Part shown: one piece after another, positions 1-12,709 of the stretch
Position numbering within the stretch: position 1 is the first letter of the stretch
Layout of the letters: each line of letters begins with the position of its first letter
Assembly (NCBI GenBank): GCA_977016875.1
Contig: CDRNST010000369.1
Location: 124,001 to 188,000 of the forward strand
Source: Pavona decussata
Lineage: Eukaryota
Direction of reading: 5' to 3'
DNA length: 64,000 nt
Program-made: the position numbers and the translations under genes
Notes under the pieces: generated by a model
Databases searched by the model: none
The model's input: only the letters and a program-made list of their open reading frames with translations
Told to the model about the DNA's origin: nothing

Positions 1-19
1 AGAGTTATTGATACTGACA

Positions 20-250
20 GCTTTGGCCTAGAAGAAAGAATTTGGCCCAGTTTTTTTAGTTAATCCCCAGGAATAACCTGAGGAGGAATGATCGATACGT
101 GACTTTAATGAGCACAAACAGATCCCGTGAACCTGGAAGTAAAATATTTGGCTTAGTCTGGCAGTCTATCCTAAGAAAAACAGCAGATAGATGTTAGCGA
201 TACGCACATATTCCTTGGGCCTGGAAGAAAAAATATATTTGGCCCAGTTA
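20..250. repeat. Degenerate tandem repeat, 3 copies, period about 95-105 bp
   Basis: ggcctagaagaaagaatttggcccagt / acctggaagtaaaatatttggcttagt / ggcctggaagaaaaaatatatttggcccagt at about 26, 131 and 218. Confidence 0.55.
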
Positions 251-3200
251 CCTAGTTTATAGCAAGCCTGAAAAAACTATTCGAGAGTCATTAGACTCAA
301 ACCAGATTGTCAGGACACTGTTGGGTCTTCTTGTTCAAACTAGTTGCCCAACGACAGTCGGAGAAGGTTCAGTTAGTTTGGTAGGCTATTTTATGTTTAA
401 CTGGAGCGTTTTAAGGGTTTGATGCCTGGTGCCAAGAATGTGAAAGAAACCACTCCTCAAGGGATTGCGAAGAGGCTTGAAATAGTTCACTGATGATATA
501 AATGGAAAGTAATAGTCATATGAACGTGATTTGTCAAGATATCAATTAAAATCCCCCGCTGTTAACGTTTGAGGCCTTAATGAACAATTAAGACCCTTCC
601 TTCTATCTGATCAAAATCTACCTTACGTTTGGTTGAGTTTAATTTAAGGAAATCCTGAAGTGTGGATAATGTCGCACAAGGTGGCTCTAAGTTTAACGTA
701 TGTGTCAATCCCAATGTGTCGAATACTAAACCGTGATGAACTACTTTTTTATATTTTGCAAAGCGGTTTTTTCGATTTTATCAAAGTGCAAGTGAAAAGG
801 ATGAAGGATCTAATCAGTTTACGTTACAGGTGTAATTGCACAGAGTCTTACATCCGCTTTCTCGCTTTTAACAGTTCGGTTCGGTTTTTGCATAAATTAC
901 TTAAGAATTCTTAGCCTTTGGTTACTGACCACAACATGTAGGAGGGTTCTTTACCTGAATTATCAACTCAGAGATAAGAGACAATTAAGAAATGCTTTGT
1001 TTAAGTAGTTATGACGGTTAGAACTGCAATTATGCGACAGTGCTTTCATATTTGAACGCAGACGATCGACACACCAATGGGCCAGTTTACAAGGAGAAAT
1101 ATCTGGTGTTAAATCATTAAAAGGCATCCTGCTGTCTTGGATTTAGACCAGAATGAGGCGAATGACAAACCTTATACACTTCAACATAGGTCAAAAGCTT
1201 TCGGAAGACAGTAGGCCCTTGGGGCAATCTATCTATAAATTAAGTGATGACACCCAAAGCTTATAAATAACAGAAACTGAAGGAAAATCGTTGGTTGATT
1301 TCGTTCTTGTCTGGTTTTAGTTATTTGAAACTCAGAACTTATTGAATTGTTGGTGCTTTTCTCAAAAATAGAAGTAGTTTTCAGTAGAAACGTGGCCGGA
1401 ATTAGCGGTGAGCACTTAAGAGCACTGAATATAATTAATGAGGAGAGAAGTGGTGATTGTAAGGCATTGTATTTCGCCCGAGACAAAAGATATCAGTTTC
1501 TTGTATTCTTCAAACCATTCTGGGTGTGTCAAATATATTTAACTGAAAATTTGAGTGTTTGAGGAGTAGGTACCGGCGGAAGTTATTTGTGTGACTAATC
1601 ATTGAAATTGAGTCCTTTCGAAGCTAGGAGTGTTTAGTAGTCCTTATCAGTGGATTCTATTGAAACATTCAATGATAAAAATGGTTTATTGGGAGCTTTG
1701 TTTCTGCCCTCCGGGCAAATTCTTCTCATTTCTGAAGTAACCACAATATATACAAAGCACAAACAAATTTCAATTAACGTCCAGGTGTAAGAATAGAAGC
1801 ACGGCCACAAATAGCGGGAGGGTAAACATTGCCACGCTGTGTATGTACACGCCGGAGAGAAGAATGTGGTTTGTGGGCAGTTGTGAAAAGACAACGAAGC
1901 GGTTTTTTTTTTTTTTTTTTTTTTACGTTTTCCTTTCCAAAAGTGCTAGCTTTGAGACTGAAAGAAATGTATTTACCTTGAAATTATTGAGAGGCAAAAG
2001 GAATTGAAATTTAGTTCTCAGAAGCTTTCAGTTAGGTACAGTCGCCCGCTCTCCTAAAAAATCAGATTTTTGACCGACCGTATAAGCTACTTCTATATGG
2101 CCAAACACTGGAATTTAGCGACATGTACAAAGGTTGGAACGGTGAAAAGGACGCCTGCCTGTATTTGCTTGCAGAAACCGGTACTGGATATAAAGAATGT
2201 TTAGGATGGCCCTTTCATTTCAATGATGGCATTATGTTATGACCGGTAATAAAATAGAAGTCGCCAGTTGAACTTGACCTTGGCCGATAAGTGAAAAAGA
2301 AAAAAACCATGATACTTTTCACACGTTCGATACGAAATGCAGAACCACGTTATTTAGGAGTTACTTTAAGCTCATTTAGGGATCAGTCTCAACAACATTT
2401 CTTCCAGTAAAACCGTTATCAGCCATCTCGGACATTACCATGTAGCTTATCAGTTATGATTTCAAACAAGCACATTCTCTCGCCGGTTTCCCGCAAACTG
2501 ACCGCGTACAATAAACAATACGAATGGGATTTTGGTGTGATCTCAAGCAATTCTATGTTGTAGAACTAATTAAGTTTCAAAGACAAAGATAGGTATCATT
2601 CCTGATACACCCATTGTAAAGCCGAGCCACGATGTAACGAACATGATAACAAAAAATTATCCTTGAAATCGGCCGTGTTCATACAATTTTTGTGGCCGTT
2701 TTATAGTATGAGAGCAACGTATTCTAACGAATTTAAGTAGCAATTACATTGAGCGACATTTTTATTGTCTCAAATTGAAACCAGTACACAAATTTTGTAG
2801 TCCGCTTACCTGAAAAGACCCTCCATTGTTTATGACAATGCAATTAAACCGCCATGCTGTTTGTGTTAAGTACTTCGAGAGGAGAAACAATCAAATGCAA
2901 GACTTTTAAAATGCTTGAGATGTACATTGCGACGCGTATGATGGTCTTTTTTTGGCATCGAACGAGTTCGTAAGAACTCAGTTGCACTATTGTTTTTATG
3001 TCGGACTGAAAGCCGCAACGAAAGCAATGGACAGAAAAAGGATGAAGCAAAATCCACCTAAAGAGTTTGCATAGCTTGCTTTGTGACAATAGATTATATA
3101 GTTCGGTCCTTTATCAGTAGTAAGTGATACTTATAATACACTTTTTTAAAATTGAACAACTTCACTGAGCACTAGGTTAGCTTTTAAAATCGCTTAATCC

Positions 3201-4629
3201 TGAAAATGAAAGGGGTAGAGGTAAATGAATGGCAACTGAACGTAAGACGTCTCAGTCTCCTCAAAGAGTTCGTTTGCTTATTTCATCGCCATCAGTTTAA
3301 ATTTTCTTTTTCTACATGAATAATGTTGGAAAGAAGCAATATCAGTTAACTGCTGTGCTGACTTTGTCATGCCGGATTGAAAAGCACATTGCAACTCATG
3401 ATTACCAGACTTTGTCTAGAATACTGGAACTCTTAACCACGTTTTAAATGTTGGCAACAGGAACAAAGAGAAGATAATTCTGTAACGTAAACGCGTAGTC
3501 AGCAGCAAGCTTTCCTCGTTTCAAACGTGCGTGAGATTCAAAATAAGAATTGCAAAAAACTATTTGAATGTAATCTTCAAAGAAATGAATAGACCAGAGG
3601 GCCGTCAAGTGCGAGGACGAAAATTCCGAAGTATAAACAGTGAATTGAAAGTTACCAAGGGGTACTCTCCTCCGGCGTTGTGGCTCTGTTTTTCGATATT
3701 TTGGAAGTTAACTGAATTAAGTTGTGGAAAATGTTTCGGTTTAAAGTTTGGCCGGCCATCCACCGCTGCTGTAACTAAAATCCTTAAAGGAGCGGTATAT
3801 GTCGCAAAACAAATCAGCGGATGGTGAGAGAGTGAGGGCCGGCCGTGTGGAAACGGCAAAAGCAATCTTTAAACCACGTACTACTGATTTCTGGAAAACA
3901 GGTAAAAGACTAAACACTGTATAAACTGAGAAAATCTCCCAGTTTTAACCCCTTTAAATTGCAACTGGCAATTGACGTAAAATATAAGAAAAGGGGCACC
4001 ACCGGGCAAATATACTTCACAAAAACTTGCCTGCTAACAGCGATATTTTCTCATCAGTCGTCTTTCAGGTATCCCACATAAATGCGTCATCTAAGATACC
4101 TTTGAACGGGAGCTACTCAATTTAGAGGTGACGCTGCAAATTGAGGCAATGAGCAAAGACTCCTTGGTACAAAGAGATGCGAAAACATTGGCCGTTTAGC
4201 TTTTTGCGTCAGTGCGGAATTGCGCTCGAAACCCAAACAGAAAAACTCGCGAGTATCTTTCGGGACTTTTGATGTCTACCAATTTCATGCTCTGTCACTT
4301 CCATTTTGTCCTGTTTTGTAATCCGTCCATAAGGAGTGTTTTGAGAACTCAGCGATAGTAGCATTGAAAACTCCTTTTATGAAGGCCCTTTGCGTGAAAA
4401 TCCCAACACGGACTTAATTTGCTTTCGTTGGTCATTAGATCCATCCATGGATGTTTACCAGAGAGGTCGGTTTATAACAGCTGATTGACGAAAGAAACAT
4501 TCCTCTGTCTCTTTGAACAAAAGATATACCTTTCGAAAGCTTTAGTTTTGTAAAATGGGTGGAACACCAACATTTGATTGTTTTTCAGGCTAGAGAGATC
4601 AAAGAGTTTATTTTAGCGAGATTAACGCC

Positions 4630-7110
4630 ATATTTCGTGTAGAAAATTTGCTTCATTTATTTATTTATTTTACTTTATCCATCTACATGTGCCAGTAGTT
4701 TTTCTTATTTGTGGTAGAAAGCGAATGCCCTGCCCAACACAAACAAGCTTTAATTCCAAAGGTTTATGGTGTAGAACTTTCATATTCTTGTTTGTATAAT
4801 AAAGGCAATAAGAAGTAAAATTTTGAACTGAACAAACGTTTTTTCGTGTGGTAAGGATTTGAGACCTTGGTCGCGCTTGTCATTTAGAGCATTCTTCCGT
4901 TTGATAAACTCGTTTGCTATCAAAACACTTCAAAGACCATGGAACAATAAAACACTGAATCGAAATTTCAATAACGTGTGGCAGGAAAAAGGATTTTGCA
5001 AGTTTTGTATTGTTACACATGTCTGTAGACACATCTCAAGGGAACAAAAGGGTGGAGAATTAAATAAAGAAAGTTGTTACATTTAACTGTGAGAAAAGAG
5101 GGAAGAAATCAGCCGTGTTGATACATTTTTACTGGTACCCATGCATGTGCCCACATGCCATCACGAACTGAATTGAAATCACGTCAAATTGAATTGAAAT
5201 CTAGTCATTTCCGCCGTGGCTTTCAATGAAAAAGAAAACATTTTTAGTTGCAATATTATGGCCTTTACGGTATTTCAGTGGCTCGTTTGGAGAGAAATAT
5301 TCATAAGAGGGGAAGCGGCTTTGTCGTGCTGTGATTTGTTTACCGATACTTTGTTTGTTCCCACCTGTCCATCGGCTGCCGGTCTCACTAATAAAACAAC
5401 TGAGCATAAAAAGGTGAAAATTATAGTTTTCAAAAGCTTCTTTGTTTCGAGTAAAGGAATTTCTTTTTTGGTCATATGCCCACATGCCCATTATATAGTG
5501 GAAGAAATTTAACGGAGGACAAGGAAGATTTCAAAATCTCACGGCTTATTTATGTTCTGAAGAACGCCTCTCGTGTTATTCATATGCGCGGTCTTCAAGT
5601 AACAATAAAAGGAAACGATTTAATGGAGATTTTATTCTTGGGTGCAAAAGTATTACTGAGGAAATTGTCCGCCTTACAAAGACTTTGTTTGTCGGTACCA
5701 GCAATTACCCTTACTTAAACGTATCGTGAAGAAACAGCGAGGGTGAAACTTCAATAAAGGCGGTTGTTTGCGTTTCGTGAGAAAAAAGACTGGCAAGATT
5801 TTTGGCGTAAAGGGAATTTGTTTTACTTTATATTTACCTACATGTCATCACATGCATGCAAGTCAAGAGGAAATATTAAATTCTCTTACTGGAAAACGAT
5901 TGGCACATGTTACATAACAGTTGGATAATGTGTCGCTGTTTGCAGACCAGTTCTCAAACAATAAAACGGAAATTGAGAACGTTATCTATGTTTGTGTCAG
6001 GACAAATATTATTGCATGTAGACTATTTATCTTCCTGTTTCTGCTCCCATTTTCCATCAGTTACTATTGGACACATCTTTAGGTACCATTAAAAAGACTA
6101 ATTTCATCGAGAAAGTAAGTTAATTACTTCTGGAAAGATAAACGACCTACAATTAATACGAGTTTAGAGTAAGGCACATAGTTCAGGAAGTGAAAGAGAA
6201 AAGCAACCGTAACTGTGAAGAACACTTAGGGTAAAGAATTCAGTGAAGAAAGAAACTTGCGTCTGTTTCTGGCGTGTATTGCAATGGCTTTCCTGTACCT
6301 ATGCTTACTCCCACATGACATTAATTCCATCTTTAGCAAATAGAAAAAAAAAAAGAATTCAGTAAAATCTGGTGTTTGGTGAGATTGAAAAGGATTGGAA
6401 AAGCTCTTGGGAGTAGCGAATTTTGCTCTCTAAGAGTGTACACGTGCCATCACACTGAACTGGCACCCATTCGTTGAAAATCAACACTGAAGAATTGATG
6501 ACTATAGAAAGTTCATTGTTCTTGTGGGAGGGAAAGAAACTAAAAATGTTTTGTTGTCTAGAACAATTTACTACCTGTTCATGTCAGTTTTGAGAATCAG
6601 ATACGTTATTCTTATTTTGTTGAGGGAGGAAGTCTTAGTGTTAAGGTCGATTTTTCTCCATATAGTATTTCCGCCCAATTCCCTCATTTTAGTGACGTAA
6701 AGTAACAAAAAACAAAGAATATACCTTTTTCTGGAGGGAAAAGCTGTTTGCAATATTTTTGCAGGTGCCAAGAGCATTTGTTACCGTTCTCCGTTCTTAC
6801 CCGACAAGGAATATAGTAGCATCATTGTCATGCATTCATGTTATGCTCTTATAGCTGAATATTCCAACAAAGGAGGTTGGTTTTCTCTCGGTAAGGGTAA
6901 CCTATTAACAAATTCCACATGTCGTCTAGCATGTTTCAAGTCTTCAAATGCCATCAGGCACATCGGTCACAGAACAATGCACAGATAGGAGACCTTTTAA
7001 ATTGGGCGACTTATTTTTCTTACCGAAAGAAAAAATATTTGCAACTGGGACATCTCGTATGTGCAACAATCGGTTTCCATTTTATATATGCCCACATGCC
7101 AGCAAACTCA
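4630..7110 (+). repeat. Ancient degenerate array of a T-rich...ATGCCCACATGCCATCAC motif
   Basis: About 7 related copies near 4680, 5145, 5478, 5836, 6308, 6440 and 7088, all in the same orientation. Confidence 0.5.
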
Positions 7111-10100
7111 GTAACGGAACTTCACGGCAGAGCAGGTGTAGTATTTCTGGTGCCTTATTGTCCACTCAGCGAAAACACTAGCGTGCTTCTCTCTCAGAGG
7201 ACACATTGCTGCAGGCGTTTCGAAACTTACACAACAAAACTGAAAAAGTATCAGATTCAGATGCTTAAAATAGCTTACAACAAAATGAATGGACTTGAAA
7301 GTTTGAAACCAATTATTGTAAATGAAATGGAAAATACTGACCATGAAAGTTCACAAATTATGTAAGGGTTTAAATGGGTTGTTTGTGACAGTTCACCACC
7401 AGTTGCTTACCAGCATAAAAAAATCCATTAAACAAATTTTCAAAAACGTTCCGTTGGAAAGTTCGGCGCCGATCGCGTGCTTGATAAACCGACGTTCCTT
7501 TTAAACTTTACCGATATAGGCTTCGTTTTCCCCATCTTTTTTCTCCAAAGAGTGATAATGCAACCGAAGGAACTTCTGCTCAGTAGCTCTTATTGAATGG
7601 TCATTCTTAACTCAAAAAACAGAATGACACAGCATCACGCAAGGGTTTGATTCCAAGCGGTTAAAAGGTAAAATCTATCCACTTTGCCTTGCCGTAAAAT
7701 GTCACCTGAAACTGTAATAAACCATAAGCGAAACCGGTGGTCAAAACTACTATACCTGAACAAGGCCTACTAAACCACCAAATATGGTGGTCTTTGCCTA
7801 CAACCTTCTTTCTCAATCTCAAAACTGAGATGGTGTCTTTGTTGCAGAGCCACCCCTCTATCCAACGGTAAAAATGACAATGAGATTTAATATCTAGTAA
7901 TGCTGACTGTTGCTAGCTAAATATATGTGTCAACTCAAATTTTAAAGTCCACTACTCCAGACAAGGTGGGTCCTCTTCGAACAAACTTATTATAACTACA
8001 AGTTCCCTAATGGTAGGCTTTCAGTTGTCTCAGTGTTTGAAAGAAAAAAGGTCAAGACAATTGCGATATGTTGTGATGATTTATAAGCCTAAACATTATA
8101 ACCTACACGAAAGAGAATTCTTAATAAAACAAGGGTCGGGCGAAAACATTTGACTTCCTTAACTGATATGTCATTGTAACTAGGTGAAAAGCTACGTGCT
8201 TTTGCCGGCGCTTTTGCGCCTTCAAGAACTGATGAAAACAGGTGCGGTATTTATCAAATCCAGTCACTAGAGAAAGACTAGCTTTTTGTAAATTAAATAG
8301 TATAACGCTTGTTGGAAAAAGAGTCGCTTGATTGTTGCCAAGTTGACTCAAGCGACACGCTGTCGAAGACTAGAAATTATATACCTTCTCATAATCAAAC
8401 ATGACATCTTCAAAGTACCCTACACCGTCCTTGAACTGTTGAAATTCTCGTTTTCTTTTCGTCTGAAATTTCAGTCGTAAAAAAGTTTGTGAATAGTCTT
8501 GTCCTCGATGCTTTTAAAATGTCAACAAGGACTTTGACATCGCTAGAGCAAAAATATTTCAATTTATAATGTCAAACCGTCTACAACAACCTCACTCGTA
8601 GTTATGTTGTCATATAATCTTGCTGGTGTAGTGCGCTAAAACCGTTGCGAATGCTTGTATTTTACTTTCTTTCAAGAACCAGCAGATATTTCCTTTGTTC
8701 TTTTAAATTCTTCAGTTAAGAACAAAAATAATATCGATGATTTTGGTGGTGCAGTTAACCCATCAAATATGCTTAGAGAATCCTCTTTTAACGATGACCG
8801 AAGGGACGAAAACAAAACAGTTGCGTCTCTTTTCAGTTTATATGCCTTGTATTATTAAGGACGTGATGTTTGTTTCCTAGTTTAGAAACGTTGGAACTAA
8901 ACGATTCCCTGTGTATAAAAGTATTGGACCTCAGTGAACATTGGAAGACACGCCATTGATGCCCAGTTGTGTCGTTTCGTGGTAAAACCTTACAGCATAT
9001 TCACAGAAATAGATGTTGAAAGTTCTAATTAACTTCCTTCAAAATCCCTCAAAAGTCTGACAATTATCACAGCTTTCAATTTCCCTCCGTTGGGATTAAA
9101 GACCTTACGTACTTATAAGTCAGTAGGGTACAACGCAAAAGTGCATTTCTAGGGTTAGAACCTATGATCAGAAATTGAAATCCTCAGAAGGAAAATCTAA
9201 AACCCCATTTGTTAATTCGCACGTCAGTTTCTACTAAGTAACCAGAGAGAATTGTTTTCTTTTGACATACCTTCAAATATCAAGGACATGTCGTTTATAT
9301 CGGTTTAAGCTCACTAAGCAATAATGAAATTCACGCTTTGACTTACTTAACATTTTTGCAGTTTCAGTTTCACCCAAAACTAAGATCCTTAGCAAACGAA
9401 ATTGACATCATGTATTTCAGTTTTGAAGGGAACGCTTGCCATGATTAAGATCTCTATTTTGAGAGACCGTAAATCAATTTGCATGAAAGTTGTTATGGAC
9501 GTACTGTCAATTAAACACGTGCAAGCTATTGACCCTGAATAGTGCAGTTGTTTTATTCGATAGCAGAATATCTTCGGAAAAGGGCTGGAAAGGTCTCTTT
9601 TCGTTCAATTTGAAAACTTGTGTAATTGCTTGCTAATTATCTTCGTTTTCAGTTATCGCTTTTGAACGTCAACAATTGTCAACGGTCGGCTTATTCTTTT
9701 TAAATGAACTGATGGATTATCACGTAATATTTCTGTTCAAACGTAACATAAAGTACTCACCAAACATCCTGTAAAGAATCCATTTTAATTCAACAGATTT
9801 GGAATAATAAAGCTGTAGCATATTGTGGCTGAACATGTGAAAAAGACTTTTGATTTGCTTTCTTCACTCGAATTGGAATATGGGACTTTCTTCATAGTGC
9901 TATTTTAGCAAGTTAAATTCTATGTGCATGTGCTGTCACGTTATTAATAACCGTAAAAGTGTTTTGTTTTGACAGAATTGTCAGTAGCTCGAAACTTGTC
10001 AGCAAAGCAATTTCTTTCTTTTGTCTTGGGGTTTGCTTTTGATTCGCTATTCACGAAAGGTGTCCATTTCTAAGGGAAGCAACAAGGAAGACAGGTCAAA

Positions 10101-10244
10101 ACACCAGCGTTCCATCTGGACCACTTTCCTCTTCAAAAAGTGGCGTACCAGTGGCTGAATTATTTGTGCGTAGAAACAGTTAAGCCTTTTGTTCCAAGAG
10201 GGTGGTTAAGAGAATAAAAGACTTGTTATTTATACATCGTAATT

Positions 10245-10390
10245 AACAGTACCACAGGGAAGTACTGTTCACTGAAAACCTTTCATTGACATTTGAATGG
10301 CACTATTGGATTTCATTTACAGAGCTAACAAGGTAGAACTACAGTACAACACAAAGGAGAACACCCTTTCCTTGCATGGGAAGTGTAGTC
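10245..10390 (+). repeat. Degenerate copy of the 106-bp repeat
   Basis: aacagtaccacagggaagtactg...atttgaatggcactattggatttcatttacaga matches the unit at 54158-54263. Confidence 0.7.
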
Positions 10391-11544
10391 GTTATAGTTT
10401 CACTCGTTCTCCCCTCTAATGACTGTTATGAGGAACAAATACAAGACTACTCAGTGAATTGCTACAACCTGGTTCCGCGAATCGGATGCTTGGGTTGTTT
10501 AATAACCAGAAGGAACTTTCAAGAATTGTTTTGAATAAAAATAAACCTTTATACTGGAAAACTAAAGAGCGTTTTCTTGTTTATGACTTTGTAGTAATAA
10601 GAATCGCACTTGCACTGCATTTCATTTTGTCTACCCAATTCCTCGCTACAGGTCTCACGTGCTCACATTCTCAGAACTCAAGCAGTAAAGCTTTGTTTAC
10701 TGCAGCTGTAGCAGTGATACAAATATCCAGACTTTCCCGCTGAGTCCTTTATTGTCTATTCCTCAGGATTGTACATCAAACTCAGTTCGAGCCTGTGGAT
10801 AAAATCTTAAGTACAGCCATTGAAATAAAAGCCACTGATAGGTACATTTTGGCCAGTTTTCGAGAAACAGCGAAGTTTCGTGGTCTATGGCGTAACAAAG
10901 GGACGGAGCAGTGTTGTTTTTATGACCACCAAAGCGTGTTCGCGGGTTTTTATGATTGCTCACTACCCGGCGCGTTATTTTGGCTGCGACGAATTATCAA
11001 CATTGAACGCTCTCGTTAAAACGATCCTTAATGAACAAAATACCCTCCGAAGCCTAACAAATGGATCACGTCAATGCGTGCTGACTTCCACCGAAAGTAG
11101 AAGTTTGAGTAGCTTTGTATTCTAGTCTAGAAATTCTGCGCGCTTTTGTTGAAACATTCTCTCTAGACTACTCGAGAAATGCATTGTTCATTCTTTTGCC
11201 AACTGTTTATCCTATACGGGTTGTTTTAGGGAAGCATTGTAGAAAAGGAGGCGTTGTTACATGCAAGCACAACCACGAAAAAAGAAATTACCGTTGCGCT
11301 ACTCAATGTTCAAATCTTTTAGATCTAGAGATTTTAATTTCTAAGCCCTTTAATTTCAGTAGGTGTCAAGATAAGTATATTCTCCAGTTTTCACTCAAAA
11401 TGAATTGTCAGAAAAACAGCCCAAAAAGAATACTTCTCAGCAGCTTTCATTTGATTGGTCACGCTTAAGGATTTTCTTCACAGAATGAAAAGTTGTTTAG
11501 TTACAAATTAGACAGACACCCAAAGTCATTAAAAAGTCCAAGTT

Positions 11545-12093
11545 CTGTGCAGCATTGAGCGAGCATTTATATTTCTCTTTCTTTCAATTCTCATTTAACA
11601 AATACATAATTTGAATCATCATATATATAATATATCTGGATTAATTTTAAAAGTCTATCTATTTGCATTTACAAAATAGCATCACATGTATAAACAAAAA
11701 TACTAAGAAACTGTCGTTATTACTCAAATATCGTACATCATATCAACATTAACACCTTTCTTGGAAGAGACTATTCTAAAATCATACAAAAACTGAGTTC
11801 ATTCATTTCCAAAATCTCCTTTTTGAAAGGAAGAAGGCGCGGCAATCAACACACGAAGGGAAGACAACTTTAATAGAACTCTATAATAACACGTTATTTC
11901 TATTCATTGTATTTTTCCTATAAAATCTTCATAAACCGAAAGTTTTACAAACTCTCTGGGAATATAATCAATAATTATCTATTTCTGGGTTTTTGAGTGT
12001 CTAAAAATACTTCGCTAAGCGCTATCGACCGTCAACGCGAAACAAAACAAGCTAGTGGTTATCAGTTAACATTGTTCGGGTTTTTTCCAACTT
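11545..12093 (-). other. Probable AU-rich Meis 3' UTR
   Basis: Very AT-rich tract after the stop. Only variant poly(A) hexamers (AATATA/TATAAA, 11566-11573) are seen nearby; a canonical AATAAA lies at 10748-10753. The end is uncertain. Confidence 0.4.
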
Positions 12094-12709
12094 TTAACTC
12101 GAGTGCATATCCATTACGGGCTGTGACATTGACAACACATTTTCAGAGGAAATTAAAGTGGGTGAAGTTTGCGTGGAAGGTATAAGCTGTGATCCTGGAT
12201 GTCCTGGATGACCCGGGTGACCGGGATGATGGGGATGTGCGTGGGGGTGCCCCGGTGGGGGCATCATCATGGCATGTGGATGTCCAGGGATGTACATTGG
12301 TTGGGCTTGGTGGACTGACGTTGGAGGCATTGGCGATCTGTAGGCGTGAGCGGGCATTTGGGCATGCATCGAATGTGGTCCTGCTGTCATAGCAGACATT
12401 GGAGGGATTGTGCCTACTCCACTTACTGAGGGATCGCCTGTTTGGATGTACCCTCTTGGTCCAAAATGTGCAGGCTGTGGAACTCCACCATCCATGTGGT
12501 AATTCGGATGTGGAGGCGGGTGATGCTGGTCTGGGTAATAGCCTGGGGGTGCTCCTGGAGGGCCAAATCTCGGCCCCGGTGAAGGAAGACCTTGACCTAG
12601 CGAGTTTTTCCGGCGTCTTGACTTGAATACCGTAACTACCGGTGACTTTCCTGCTCTGTTTGAGGCATCTATCATTGGCTGAACAATACGTCTTCTTGCG
12701 TTGATGAAC
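12094..12709 (-). CDS. Meis: Meis terminal exon 10: homeodomain helix 3 plus whole P/H/M-rich C-terminus ([34 protein letters not shown]...QPVMDMHSS*)
   Basis: tttggcag|G TTC; open frame to TAA at 12094; matches the ORF track entry 12094-12735. Confidence 0.92.

Noticed and set aside
4630-7110. CRISPR-like array
   Set aside because: Eukaryotic context, degenerate repeats, spacers of hundreds of bp with irregular length, and no cas genes.
12189-12626. Plus-strand ORFs over Meis exons (also 13789, 17010, 18030)
   Set aside because: Antisense shadows of GC-richer coding exons.
12598-12651. In-frame 54-nt intron removing the GKSP...NSL peptide from Meis exon 10
   Set aside because: Would need a GA donor and lacks a polypyrimidine tract; the peptide is conserved, so it is treated as coding.
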